Source of the DNA: Selaginella moellendorffii | Taxonomy: Eukaryota; Plantae; Lycopodiophyta | Assembly: GCF_000143415.4 (NCBI RefSeq) | Contig: NW_003314273.1 | Coordinates: 2,352,010-2,416,009 of the forward strand | DNA: 64,000 nucleotides | Reading direction: 5' to 3' | In this document: one piece after another, positions 25,667 through 37,577 of the stretch | How the letters are laid out: each line of letters begins with the position of its first letter | Position numbering within the stretch: position 1 is the stretch's first letter | The notes under the pieces: generated by a model | The model's input: only the letters and a program-made list of their open reading frames with translations | What the model was told of the DNA's origin: nothing | The model's database searches: none | Position numbers and translations under genes: made by a program

Positions 25667-26608
25667 CTACTCATTGCTGTCCTGCCACGACTCAAGGGCC
25701 GCAAAGAACCTCTGCCAACCGAAGTAGACCCCCTCGATGATAAGAGCAGTCGGGTCCCTGGGATCGTCGTCGTCCTCGCGAGCACTCTCGAAGCACTTGA
25801 GGTAGACATCCCGGTTCACAAAGTCGTGGTGGCGGCCAGCGCCACCAGCAGCAGCAGCGAACAAGACGTTGGGGAACACAGCCACGCTGCGAAGCAAGTA
25901 GGCCAGCATCATCCTCCCGCATCGCCCATTCCCATCCACAAACGGATGGACGCACTCAAACTTGTAGAAGAATTCTGAGGCCAGCACCAGGAGCTGCTCC
26001 ACCGTCTTGCAGCTGATTGTCGTCCTCTCCTCCTTGAAGAGCCGCTGCAGATCCGCGTTGGTCTTGCTCACCAACTTGGACAGCTTCGGCCGGATTGCCC
26101 AGGCATCCGCGTAGAAGTGCTGCCTTCCGCTGCTCGTGATCGTCATTGCAACCTCGCTGCCAGACCGAAACAAGCCCGCGATGTCCGGCCTGCCCGACTC
26201 CATAAGCAGCTCGTGTGACTGCCTGAGATTGTAGTTGTTGACGCTGGGAGCCTCCTCCTGATCCTGGAGCCACCATGTCTTGTTGAATGCTCGGGACAGG
26301 CAGCGGACTTGTTCCAATCTCTCGTCCGGAGCCACCACTTTGTCGTCCAAGTCCACTTGGAGCTGCTCCAGGGCGTGGAGTGTTTCATCCCGGGTATCAA
26401 AGCCTTCCAGCTCCAGCTTGTTCACCTGGAACAGGAAGTCGGCCATGGCGTCGCGCTGCGCGTACACGTCCAGCGCCCATGCTTTGGCATCGCCGTCCAG
26501 CGCCAGGAACCTCTTCACGTACCCACAAATGGCGTCCACCATGCTGCTCGTCGCCGGGGCTCCGTCGCCATCGCACCTCCAAAAGGGCCTCTCCGCGTAT
26601 CGCCCCAT
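25667..26608 (-). CDS. Fic (Fido) domain protein, putative AMP transferase, 313 aa, intronless
   Basis: Canonical motif HPFVDGNGRCGR at 25913-25948, preceded by ASEFFYKFECV. The N-terminal helix FLFQVNKLELEGFDTRDET resembles the (S/T)xxxE(G/N) inhibitory helix region. Confidence 0.9.
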   Translation of the reverse strand: MGRYAERPFWRCDGDGAPATSSMVDAICGYVKRFLALDGDAKAWALDVYAQRDAMADFLFQVNKLELEGFDTRDETLHALEQLQVDLDDKVVAPDERLEQVRCLSRAFNKTWWLQDQEEAPSVNNYNLRQSHELLMESGRPDIAGLFRSGSEVAMTITSSGRQHFYADAWAIRPKLSKLVSKTNADLQRLFKEERTTISCKTVEQLLVLASEFFYKFECVHPFVDGNGRCGRMMLAYLLRSVAVFPNVLFAAAAGGAGRHHDFVNRDVYLKCFESAREDDDDPRDPTALIIEGVYFGWQRFFAALESWQDSNE

Positions 26609-26910
26609 CTGTAAGCCCTAACCAACAAGGGCTCCATTTTATACCCTTTTCATTTTAAAGTTTACAAAAGGTGGCTATGTATAAAGCTTTCTCAAATTTG
26701 TGTAAACCTATATTCCGAGAATATTCCAAGGCCCCTCAAGATATACAATATGAGAGCCTAAACAATGTGTAACCATTTTCATGCATGGATATTTGTAGTA
26801 CTTGGTACCTGAGAACCGAACATGCTATCCAGCTGGCCTGTTGAAATCCCACAAACTCACTTTCACAGCACAGGAAACTGTTTGTCCATACCCCAAGTGT
26901 CACTTTAATC

Positions 26911-28515
26911 ATGCCGGTTGCAGCTCGAGCCCGCTTCTTCCCCTTGTTTTGCGGCGCAGAAGCACGAAATCAGCTTGAAATACAAAGATGTCACACCCTG
27001 TCCAAAGATCACATCGCCAAGGTGAGAATCTCAACACTCTTAGAATCCTCAAAGTCTCACCTCCCGCGAGAATTCCAGGCCAAAACAGCCATGGACAAGT
27101 TCCTCCAAAGCGTCGAGTCGAATCCCCACAGACGAGACGCAGCCGAGCCTTGCTACTCGCTGCACGAGCCAGGAGACCTCGTCTATGGAACCGCTCTCGT
27201 CTTTCACGGATTCGGGCAATCTCCACAGCAGTGCCAGTTGCTCGCGGACTACCTGTTTGACAATGGCTTCAATGTCTACCAGCCTTGCCTTGCTCGCCAC
27301 TATCTCGGAAATCCGACTCTAAACTGGCCGCAGGTGACACATCTTAAAGTTCGCTCTTTACTTTCATCTCCACCCAGGTCGATCTCAAGCCGGAACTGAA
27401 AGAGAAGATCCGGCAAAACTTCCTCAAGGATCCGGTCCTGGCCAAGGAGCTATATATCTCTGTAAGCCTTCTGCTATAACGTTTTCATCCTGCTGACAGT
27501 TTGCTGGCCTGTGTTCTTCGTGATTGTCCTCCCAGGCGGAAGACACCATGCAGCGAGTTCGCTCGCTTTCCCCCGAAATGTCTGATATGATCGCTGCCCT
27601 CGACCAAGGTGACTGTAGCCAGGATTTCCAGAGGTCTGTGAGCGCGGCTCTTCACCTCCAAAATGAACTAACCACTTGGCTGCCAGGTTTTTCGAGTCGA
27701 GCCACTTGGACTACTTCACGGAAGCCGAGCAGCGACTAGAAGAAGTGCGTGCTCTGCCAGGCCCGATCTTCGCGATAGGCATCTCGATGGGAGGAGCCAC
27801 TGCGTTGCATCTCGCCAACACTTATCCAGACACAATCTCGAAAGTCGTAGCGTACGCCCCGCTCCTCAAGGTAGGAGGATACTTAGGCTTCGAAACAAAA
27901 GAAGAAAGAACAAACTTACTAATGATCGATCGATTTTCTGGCCAGACAATGGATGATGCGAGGAGAGAATTTGCTCTGGCGATCGGCCCGCTGGACGTGA
28001 AAGAAACCGGATGGGAGCCGTCGCTCCAGTTCACAGTGGGATGCCTTGTGGCAATCGACCTGTGTGGGACTCGCGTCAGCCAATCCAACATAGATAACCT
28101 CGCAAAGAAAGTCGCTACCTTGCTACTCTTCACCGCAAACGAAGACTCGGCCGACCTTCCAACGCAGGAGAAATTCGCGCAAAGACTAAAATCCATCTCC
28201 TCCGGTAGGATGCTTTGATCTTCAACACTGCGGAAAAATTCTCCCGTTGCTACTGTCCCAGATGGAGTGCCACACCTGCATTACACATATCGCCGCGAGC
28301 TGGAAGTCCCGCACGCGATGATCCACCCAAACGAGGTAGGAAATCGAGAAATTCTCGAGAGATTTCTAACCTCTCGCTTGGCGCAGAGGCCGATCGCGAA
28401 CAAGCTGTGGAGAAGAATGTACCAGGAGACATTTCGATTCCTGACCACCGGGAAGGCGCGCCAGGACGAGCTCGATTCGCTGCGCCAAGACGAAACCCTA
28501 CCCCAAGTACCATAA
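26911..28515 (+). CDS. Alpha/beta-fold serine hydrolase (esterase/lipase-like), multi-exon
   Basis: LVFHGFGQSP oxyanion segment, nucleophile elbow GISMGG, candidate Asp in ANEDSAD and His in VPHAMIHP; short GT-AG introns. Start uncertain (26911 or 27091). Confidence 0.8.
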
Positions 28516-28819
28516 ACCCTAAAACCCCAAATTCTCGGGAGCAAACTTTTATCTCCTCGTGAGAGCGAACAAACTAAACGCTAGAACTTTGGATCAAACC
28601 TGAGAGATCTATTCCTATCCTAGATGGAAGTTTTTCGTTGTGATCTTCTTCTCAAGCTCCTGTGACTCTCGAAAGAACTTACAACTCTCTGGAACTTGAC
28701 GCTCGCTCTACCTGCAAGGAAGAAAGAACGTCGATCAAAAACACGAGAAAAGAGAGAGGACCACCATCACCACTCGCCTGGAAGAACTTGGAACTTGGCA
28801 TGGATGGTGTGGAGTCGCT

Positions 28820-29590
28820 TCACTGCTCGCCATCCGAGGCCGTGGATTGCTGGCCTTGAGCCTGCGATTGCTGGGCTTGGGCCTGTTGATCCGGCTGCCA
28901 CTGCTGCTGCTGCTGCTGCTGCGGCGACGCCATGTACTGCATTGGCGGCCGCTGCTGCTGCGCGTAGAGCGCTGGATCCATTGGAATGGCCGGCCTTCCA
29001 ATCACCCCCGGAGGAGTCTGCCCAGGAATCATGTAGTACTGCATGTCCGGAGCTCCGATCGGCAGCGCTGATCGCGAGACACCCAGCGCCTCGTCCTTGA
29101 CATCCTCGCGCGGCACGATGTCCACCAGGAAATCGAAGATGTCCGTGCGAGTGACCGCCGCCGCGATGTCGTTCTTCTGGAGCGTCCGCCGCTTGTTCTC
29201 CTCGGTGTGCATCCACGCGCGCAGCGTCAGCTCCAGGATGAACATCTCGCACGCCTTGGCGAAGAGCACGGGCGCCTCGCCCGAGATCATCCTCACGTCC
29301 TCGTCCGCCTTCATGATCTTCTTGATGCGCGCCAGGGGCAGGCTGTGCGTCTTGAAATCCATCACCTCCTGGACCTCTTGCATCTGCCCCATCCAAAACT
29401 CTTGCATCTGCCGCTGCTGCTGCTGCTGCAAATGCTGGTAGCTCATCCCCGGCGCTGGGAATCCCCCCGCTGGCTGCCCCGCCGCGATCTGACCTAGCGC
29501 CATGCCCGGAGGAGCCCCAGCGGCCGCCATTCCCTGCCCGGCGTACTGCGATTCGTTCTGCGAGCTCTGATCCATGCTCACCCCTGCCAC
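28820..29590 (-). CDS. NF-YC: Nuclear factor Y subunit C (CCAAT-binding, histone fold)
   Basis: [83 protein letters not shown], with Gln-rich flanks. Confidence 0.97.
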   Translation of the reverse strand: MAGVSMDQSSQNESQYAGQGMAAAGAPPGMALGQIAAGQPAGGFPAPGMSYQHLQQQQQRQMQEFWMGQMQEVQEVMDFKTHSLPLARIKKIMKADEDVRMISGEAPVLFAKACEMFILELTLRAWMHTEENKRRTLQKNDIAAAVTRTDIFDFLVDIVPREDVKDEALGVSRSALPIGAPDMQYYMIPGQTPPGVIGRPAIPMDPALYAQQQRPPMQYMASPQQQQQQQWQPDQQAQAQQSQAQGQQSTASDGEQ

Positions 29591-29765
29591 GGCCAGGAGG
29601 AAGGATCTCAGCTAGAGCGCCGCGCGGCGGCGAGGGATTTTCCGGGAGGAAAGATTGGAAATATCGGCCTACCTGGTGGATCGCGCTCGCGTCTCCCGGC
29701 CTGTGCGCCTTAGGGCTCGCGCTTCGTTGCAGGCCGTAAGATCCCACTAGTCCGTTGCCCTTCAC

Positions 29766-29796
29766 TGACGGCCGTCAATCGGGGGCTTGGCACGTG
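29766..29796. promoter_or_regulatory. Palindrome TGACGGCCGTCA and G-box CACGTG upstream of NF-YC
   Basis: Motifs at 29766-29777 and 29791-29796, ~180-200 bp upstream of the NF-YC start; function inferred only. Confidence 0.35.
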
Positions 29797-30781
29797 GTGC
29801 TCCATCACACCGTCTAATTTAAAACTTCTAGGGGGTAGGGTTTAATATTTGAAAAGTTGTAACTAAATTAAAGTGGTATAACAATTTTATTTTTTATAGT
29901 GTAATATTTTTAATATTTAATATTTTTAACCTTGATCCTTATTTTTATAAATTGGTTAAAAAATCCCAAATTTGTGTAGCTTATAAAATATTTATTTTTA
30001 CTAAATAGATTTCAATTGTTGCTTGCCTCACTCATAAATTAATTTTAAGTATATAATTTTTAAAAACTTTAGATATATGCGAATAGAAATATCTAGAATA
30101 CTCTACTGAAAGTTGTTGAAGAATTTTTTGATATAAAAATCTTAATTCACTATAAAGAGGAAAATAAAAATAAATTGTTAATATTTATTTTAAAATTAAT
30201 GTTTGAGTTCAAGTTCAAAGGAAATCAAGAATAATCTTCATTATAATGTTATTAATGTCAAATTTAGAAATAAATAATTTATCATAAATAAAATAAGAAT
30301 ATTATATTAAATAGGATTAAATTCTATTTTATATCCTAAAGGCAAAAACATTAATCTCACACTTCTATAATTTATTTTATGTATGTTATTGATGTTATTT
30401 TAGATTATACACTTTTAACTGTGAAAACAAAACTTACAAAAATCAGATTTCTTTTTTTATCCCACTCTATGGTTCTGTTTGATTTATACAAGTTACCCAC
30501 CGCTTTCTTCATTGAGCTGTCTTCGTTGGTATGAAAAAAAAACCTTCCCAACGTCAAAGGAAAGCACTGGCAAAAAACCATCCAGCCGATACACTCTGCC
30601 TGTTAGCAATTTGTCTGTCATGTGATCTATAATACAGCACCAGTCGTGTCTTGTCTTTCTGCCGCTGCACCACCAAAATTATTCCAAAACCGAAATACTC
30701 CCGAGAAAAATGTACACCTTGCACCAAAAAAACACTCCCTCCCACCTCAGCTTCTCGCTTGCCTGCCTCGTCGTGTTGATT

Positions 30782-33700
30782 TCAATCCTTCTCAACGTCC
30801 GAAGAACTCTGGCCACCGTTGTCATTCTCGTCGTCTTTGCTGGAGCAGCTGCTGCTGCTAGAGGTTTCAAAATGGCAGAGGCCATTTCGTTCTTTTCCCG
30901 GACGAGTTCTGACGTTAGACCCAACGGGGAATGGCTCCTGCCAAGATCCAAAAAAGAAAGTTAGAATGTACAAAAGTCTCCGCAGTATTGCTTACAGGAT
31001 CGCCCAGGTTGGGACCTTCCGAACGAAACAGAATTGGACGGCATCTCTTGTCTTCGTTCATGAGGCTTGAGTTTTGGAAATGTGCGACGAGGGCAACCTT
31101 GCCTTGTATTCGAGCGTAAGCCAGAGAAGCAACCTTCTCGCTGTTGAATTTCTCCCACTTCTTTCCATTGAAGGTCTGTAAGATCGAGAATGAGAATGCG
31201 CACGAAGAAAACAACGGTGTCAAACCTTGAAGAAAGGGACGATATGCACAGGTGCAATCATGTTGATGAAAGCATACCCCACGTTACACTTATTCTGAAA
31301 GGAGAACCAACAATCAGCAAGAATGTAAGGATTTCTCGTTATACGATTACCTTAAAATCAATAGGTAAGTAGATGAAATCATAGGTACCGCGATGATGTT
31401 CGTCAATTGTTGACAACAGCATCTTCGACGTGTACCTAGACACTCAGTAGCAGATCAGAAAAGTTCAACCTCGTAAAAATGAAAGAGAACTTACTTGTTT
31501 GGTATGTTTTTTATCATCAGTGTTGTCCGTAAGTCTTCCCCGCGAAGAATACGCTCCAAGTCAAGCTGATACTTTTTGTTCTCTGCCAGAGTCAAAGTGC
31601 TGTCGGTTCTTCGGCTTCTACAACGGTCGCTAAAAGTTTCCAAAGTCGCACCATTTGGAAAGGAACGGGGCCTAAGTTGTGGTGACATAACACCCAACCT
31701 GGGAGAATCCACCAATCCTTTCGATGTAGCAATAGCAGCCAGGTTCAAACCGCCGTGAGTGAGGCCAGCCCCCTTAGAACCATTCATTCTCAGGCCGCCG
31801 AGAGATCCTGGCCATCCTAACGCTGATCTCTCGGCCAAGTCAGAGTAGTACCTATTCTGGCCATCCATCAGACTCTGCTCGGTAAATGTTGCTGAATAAT
31901 CTGCAGCTCGGCTATGCCCGTCCGTATGGTACATGGCATTCGCGGAGTATAGCGAGCCCGAACTGTTCCATGACAAGTCCTCGTTTCTCGAAGCAGGAAC
32001 TCCAAAAGCTGGAGAGAAATAAAAATGGCATGATCAGTCCACGATGACTGTTTGATTGCTGAAAACTTACCTCTGGATGATTGCTCGAGAGACGGCACGT
32101 CACACAAGCTCGAGACTGCCCTCTGAAGGGTACCAGCATCTAGCTCGTCATAATTTCCAAAGCCGGGTGGAACCCGTGTTGGACTGTCGAGGTCAGGAAT
32201 CTGTAACGATGGAAATTGCTGACGGATTCGAAGGCCAACAGACCGCTCCGGTTGTATGAAAGAATCAGGATTTGCGGACATGCCGTTTCGTAGCGGAGAG
32301 GACACACGTGCAGGCAACGAACCAGCATTTACGTTTAGAGGCTTGATACCCAAGGAACCAAAAGTGCCTCGCTCGTTCAACTTATTCATAGGAGTACTCC
32401 ACTGCGGTGAATGCCCTGGAGTGCAATCAGTTAGATAAAATAAATAGAACGTCGTGCATAAAACAAACCTGCAGGCGAAGCACCCAATGATGCCTGAAGT
32501 TGCTGACACCGAAACTCTTCCTGCTCCAGCTCTTGAGTGAGCTGTTGCATTAGGCTGAAAAATAAATCTCAAAAATCGATTCCAATGCTTGCAGTAGCCG
32601 ACCGCATTACCTTCTTCGAGCACCACCGGGACGACTGGGTTCCAGCTTTATACGCTTTCCTGCGATGTCGCTTCTGTTCAAGGCTCTCAAGGCAGCTTCA
32701 GCTGCCCTGACATCGTAAAACTCTATAAACTTGTGGTGCTTCTTGTGTGGGGTCTCACGTATCTGACGTAGTATCATCCACATGTGAGAAGGCTGTCTAG
32801 TACAAGAGCTTGTACTCACCTCTTTGATCTCACCATAAACACCAAAAATATGCCGAAGGTCGTCGTTGGTCACTGAGGCGTCGAGATTAAATACCACTAA
32901 AGTGCCCTGGTTAACATCCTTATCTGAGGGGTTATCCTGCAAGAGACCGTGTTAGTTCCATGCCGTATATTGCTACACAATACCTTCGGAATGGAAAAGT
33001 GAATATCTAACTTTCGACGCCTGAGCGGTTTGTTCTGGAGGGCGCGCATTGCAGTACGGGCTGCTCGGATGTCGTAGTAGGAAATCATCACGAATCCCCG
33101 ATGCTTACAGGCGGTATACAAAGTGCGAATGGCACCATATTGCTGGTGAAAAGGGAGAGGACACAAAATGAGCAAAGAAAAGGTAAAACAAGATTTCGTT
33201 ACCTCAAAAAGTGCTCGCAGCTCCGCATCTTCAACGTTACTGTTTATGTTCCTCACAAAAAGCGTTCGCGAAGGATGCTCGCCGTAGGGGTGTTCCCCGG
33301 CCAACACTGCGGCTGTGTTGCCACCAATCTGATAGTTGTTCAAGTAAGGATCACCCTCCAGCTCCAGTCCACCCCCGCTGTTGAAAATGTCGTAGTCATC
33401 CTCGTTACTGTTCCGCTCGTAAGCATAGCCCACCTCGGCTAAAAGATCCTCCTCGGCATCAGGAAGAAGTCTGCCTAAAGCGTGTGACTCGAGCTCTTGC
33501 ATCGATCCGAAAAGCTCGTCAGTTTCAGTCTCGGCATCCGGATCAGAGACTACCGTCGGTTCCGACAGTTTGACTGCATGCATAGCAAAAAAAAAAAGAG
33601 AGAGAAGATCAGAGTAAGAAAAAAAGATGATTTTAGTAGTAGTAACTTACGTCTTTGCTGGAGCATATTTGGTAGAGAGTGGGCGAGCCCATTTATCGGA

Positions 33701-33906
33701 GAAACCGCGGGGAATGGGTTTCTTCCTCTCCCATTTTCTAACCAACCATTGGCGTTGTTGGCGACACCGTCGTGATTTCTAGCTAGATTGTGAAGCCCAT
33801 TTGCCCAGTCCGGCTCGGCAAGCGACCACCCGTGCTGGGAGAAGGCCTCGAATTTTCGAGCGCCAGCGGGGAAGAGCTGGCCGACGCTGCGAGTTTCCAT
33901 CTCCAT
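30782..33906 (-). CDS. AML: MEI2-like RRM RNA-binding protein, copy 1
   Basis: GEHPYGEHPSRTLFVRNINSNVED (RRM1), GTLVVFNLD..FIEFYDVRAAEAALRALN (RRM2), DLRTTLMIKNIPNK..GTYDFIYLPIDFK..FNGKKWEKFNSEKVASLAYARIQG (Mei2 RRM3); many short introns. Confidence 0.95.
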
Positions 33907-34466
33907 CGCAGAAAGCTCCTGCATTCACAGATTTTTCTCACAGCGTCAGGCACCAAGAATCCACGCCATGGCGGGCAAACCTGGCGAGGGAGCGAAATTA
34001 CGCCGCGAGAGGGACTACGCTCGCCCTAGCACGAGAGCGCGCGATCAATTGAGCGCGAGAGAAGAGCTCCGGGGAGACGACAAGGAGGAGAGTGTGAATG
34101 AGGGAGCGCGATCATGACGAGGAGCCTAAAGCAGGGGAAGAGAGGGAATCGAGTAGATCCAAGCGAAATATCCAGCGGGAGCTTGATCTTGGGGCGGGAA
34201 TCCATGATTTGGAGCTCCTGGAGCTCACAGCAGCGGGATCACCAAGCCAGAGGAATCCCATGCGTAGCTTACATGATGCAGATCGCCACAATCCAGAGCT
34301 CGAAGCGGCGCCTATTCGATGCGTCCTCCACTGCCGCGATCGATCGTTGCTCCATAGCTCTCTCTTCTCTCTCTCTCTTCTCTCCCTCGCGCTCTCTCTT
34401 TCCCTCTTCGTACAAAAACCACGCAAAAACAAAGAAAGAAAAGGGAAAGAACGCACCAACACGCAT

Positions 34467-34505
34467 ACACACCCTCTCTCTAGCCCGCGGGCAGCCACGG
34501 GCAGC
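34467..34505 (-). promoter_or_regulatory. Conserved non-coding element upstream of AML copy 1
   Basis: ACACACCCTCTCTCTAGCCCGCGGGCAG (28 nt) is identical at 40771-40798 and is followed by CCACGGGCAG units. Confidence 0.6.
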
Positions 34506-35724
34506 GCGGGCACGCCTGCCCGTTTCGCCCTTGCCGGCCGGCGCAAGATAAGTTTTCACGAGCAGCTTCCCGGCAGCATTTCCGTTGACCTGACGCGGCA
34601 CGATCGCCGCCGTTGTGGCCTGAGATGGACGGGCAGGATCTGGCGGGCCAGGAGCTCGTTTGTCGTTACTCGCGTTGGTCCCAATGGCCATGTGGCCCAA
34701 TGGGGCCCTTGCGTGTTGTCCTATTGGCTCAATCTTATCGCTACGGATTCTAATTGCTTTTTCTTTGATTGATCGAGAGGAGATGGTAGGGTTAGCTAAC
34801 ACCACCTTTGCTTTGTTTCTATCTCCCGCCCCGGAACAAAAGATATTAGGGCATGGAGAGGACGTGGCCTGTGGCTCTTTCACGCTGAGTGTGATTGTCT
34901 GCGTAGATCGCTCGCACAGGAAAAACATTGCAAGTGGTCCCTGGAGAAATAAATGACCCAATGGTTTTTTGTACATATAGTCAAGGAATTCACTTGGAGA
35001 TCCAGGCACCAACTTTGGCAAAATGTGACCCCGCCAACCATAGATTGCGGAATGAGATCTTCTAATTCAATGAAAATTGGCTGTCCATGTGTGCCACGCT
35101 TGCAAGAAACACTTAAATTGGCAGTGCAAAAACTATATTAAATCAAAGAATGTTTAAGTTAAACCCATTTTTCGAAAATAAAGCTGGCAGGGTGAAAATT
35201 ACGTACCACTGGCGCCACTTTTTCGAAGCATTCAAATTTCGAAGCTTCCTTCTTCCCAGGGCAAAGAAAAAGCGAGGGAATCCAATCCATACACACGTCA
35301 CGGGTTCGAATTCTCCTAATTTATTTGAATTTTTTTTTTCCCGGCCAATAGTTTTTTTGTGGATTGGTAGGCTTAATGATGTGCACTGCCGCGGCTGCTG
35401 GCGCAACCTTTTTCTCCTCCAATCAATCATTTGGTCACACAAAAGTTGGGGCATATGCTCTGTACTATGACCAAAAGATTCCACCCAATTCCTTGGTTTC
35501 GAGATGAGAACCTTTGAGCGAAAGTTATAAAACGTTACAACGGAGTATAATTCCATAAGAGAAAAATTTTAGTGTAGCAGCCAAGCAGCAGACATCGAGA
35601 AGGCATTCCTTTCGCGGCCCAAAAAATTGATATCTGCCTGGAAAAACCGAAAAGTAGCGATGGACGAAGCGGAAATGGAAGCTCGTAGCGATGGACGAAG
35701 ATGGAGATGAAAGCTTCCATCTTC

Positions 35725-37130
35725 TCAAAGGAGGTTCCGCAAGAGCCTCGCGAAGACCCTCCACGATGGCCACAGCCAGTCGATGGCGTCCTCGTACTTG
35801 GTATACAACCACAGCGCCAAGCGAGCCAACGCTTCCCTGAGATCGCGAAGAGCTTGAGTTTTCACGTACTGGATCGCCCAAACTCTGGAGCTCGACGCAA
35901 ACTTCTTGGCGTTGGAGATGCCTGTTCTCAACTCCTGTTGGAGCCTTCCCGTTCTCACGTCGGACAAGAGTTGGAGTCCTCGCTGATTTAGTGCCTGGAC
36001 CCTCGCTGCTCCATACTTTTGGTACAAGCTTCCAGCGTAAATCCCTGCCTGGATATAAAAGCTCATGGCCAGAGGGCCCAGCGTCCATACTCGCCACAGA
36101 TCATCCGAGACTGCTTTTCCAAACCGGACAGTCACAGCCGCGTAGAAAATGCCACTGAAAAGAAAGACGAAAAACTTTAGCATATAGAACATAGAATTTT
36201 TCTACTTACAATACGATCACCGGCCATTTTATCGCGGGATGGATGCTCGACCAAAGTGTCGACGGTTGGGGAGGTTTTAGCGTCTGCAGCTTTTGCTTCA
36301 ACACCTGTTTCGCGTCGGCGCTCTTTCTTCTAACTTCCGTGATTGCCAGGAGCTCCCTCGCGACCTGGAGAGATCCGCGATCTTTTAAGTTTTGCCTCCA
36401 GTGCTGCAGCGAGCCTTGTAACTGCTGCCACAATCTTTCTCTTTGTTGCCAGTCCAGCGTAGGCGTCGAGGAGGATGATGTCGGTGAGTCGTTGCCGTCG
36501 GACTCGTTCTCGGCAACGTCTTGGAATGATACAGCACGAAAAGTTCGTTTCCTGTTCGTTGCTTTTGGAAACAGCATAAGATATCCGTGTGGATCAAGTG
36601 GTGAGGATCTAGAAAAAAAAAGAAAGCAAGATAGGAGAGACTTGACATACTTGCAAAGAAAGAAAGAAAGAAATACTGAAAACTTCGCTACCTCAACACA
36701 ATCTTTGAAAAACTGTGCGTCCAGGACGATTGTAGATTCGTGTTCTCGACGTAGCTACACGTACAGAGGGATTTTTCTTTCACCGAGCGTACAAAGCTTG
36801 GGTGAGAAACACAAGCTACGTGAAGACCCTGCAATGAAAGGAAAGTTATTAAAAACGTAAGCCGCGATTTGTTTAACACGAACACCAAGAGCACTGCTCT
36901 CTAGAAACTTACTCCAACGTTAAGTGCTGTCATCTTCAAGCTACGCGGCGAGCGAGTGGAAAAAACAATAGAATTCCCGGGGAATCCTTTCGTTTGGATT
37001 CACAATCCACTTCTCGCGAGGAATCTGTAAGCGCGGATTAAAACTCACGGCACTGGAGCACGAATTAGGGCCGTGGGAAGGAACACAGGCAATCCACATT
37101 GGATGGAGCTTATGGCTCCCGAAAGGCATC
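35725..37130 (-). CDS. Conserved plant membrane protein, EMB2759-like (multi-exon; start uncertain)
   Basis: IHPAIKWPVIV..FYAAVTVRFGKAVSDDLWRVWTLGPLAMSFY..YEDAIDWLWPSWRVFARLL resembles the embryo-defective 2759 family as recalled; N-terminus looks like a transit peptide. Confidence 0.55.
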
Positions 37131-37577
37131 AACCGCAGCGAAACCTAGCAAGCAATCCAATGCCAGGCGCGGGCGCGCTGGATTCTTACCGGGCAAGGCG
37201 CTCTCCACAATCGCCCACTCCCCCCCGCTCGCGCTAAAGCCCTGAATCTCTTTGGCGAGGAAAGGAAATCTCCATCGTTAAAAATCTCTTTTTATCCCTT
37301 TGGCCTTAACTAGCTGAACGGGGCCCCACTTTCACGCTTGGAACTTGTTATGTTAGCCAAGCTCTAATTTAACTCTCAAAACCATAGTTTGATGGCCTCT
37401 CTCTGTACAAAAATCGATGCTTCTTCTTCTTTTCACCGGAACGAAGAAACCATCGATCAATCCAAACAAAATACACCGCCTGCTAGAAAGATCCTTACGG
37501 ACTTCCCACAGCTCTCTTGCCGCAGCTAGAAAAAAAGAAGGAACTCGTACAAAAGCTCACACCTCTCTCCATCTCGA

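Noticed and set aside
28767-29765. 332-aa alternative-frame ORF over NF-YC
   Set aside because: Low-complexity off-frame translation of a GC-rich CDS.
29820-30460. Very AT-rich block between NF-YC and AML copy 1, possible MITE
   Set aside because: No terminal inverted repeats or TSD identified.
35290-35340. GGTTCGAATT followed by a T-run
   Set aside because: No acceptor stem, D-arm or anticodon arm can be folded; not a tRNA.
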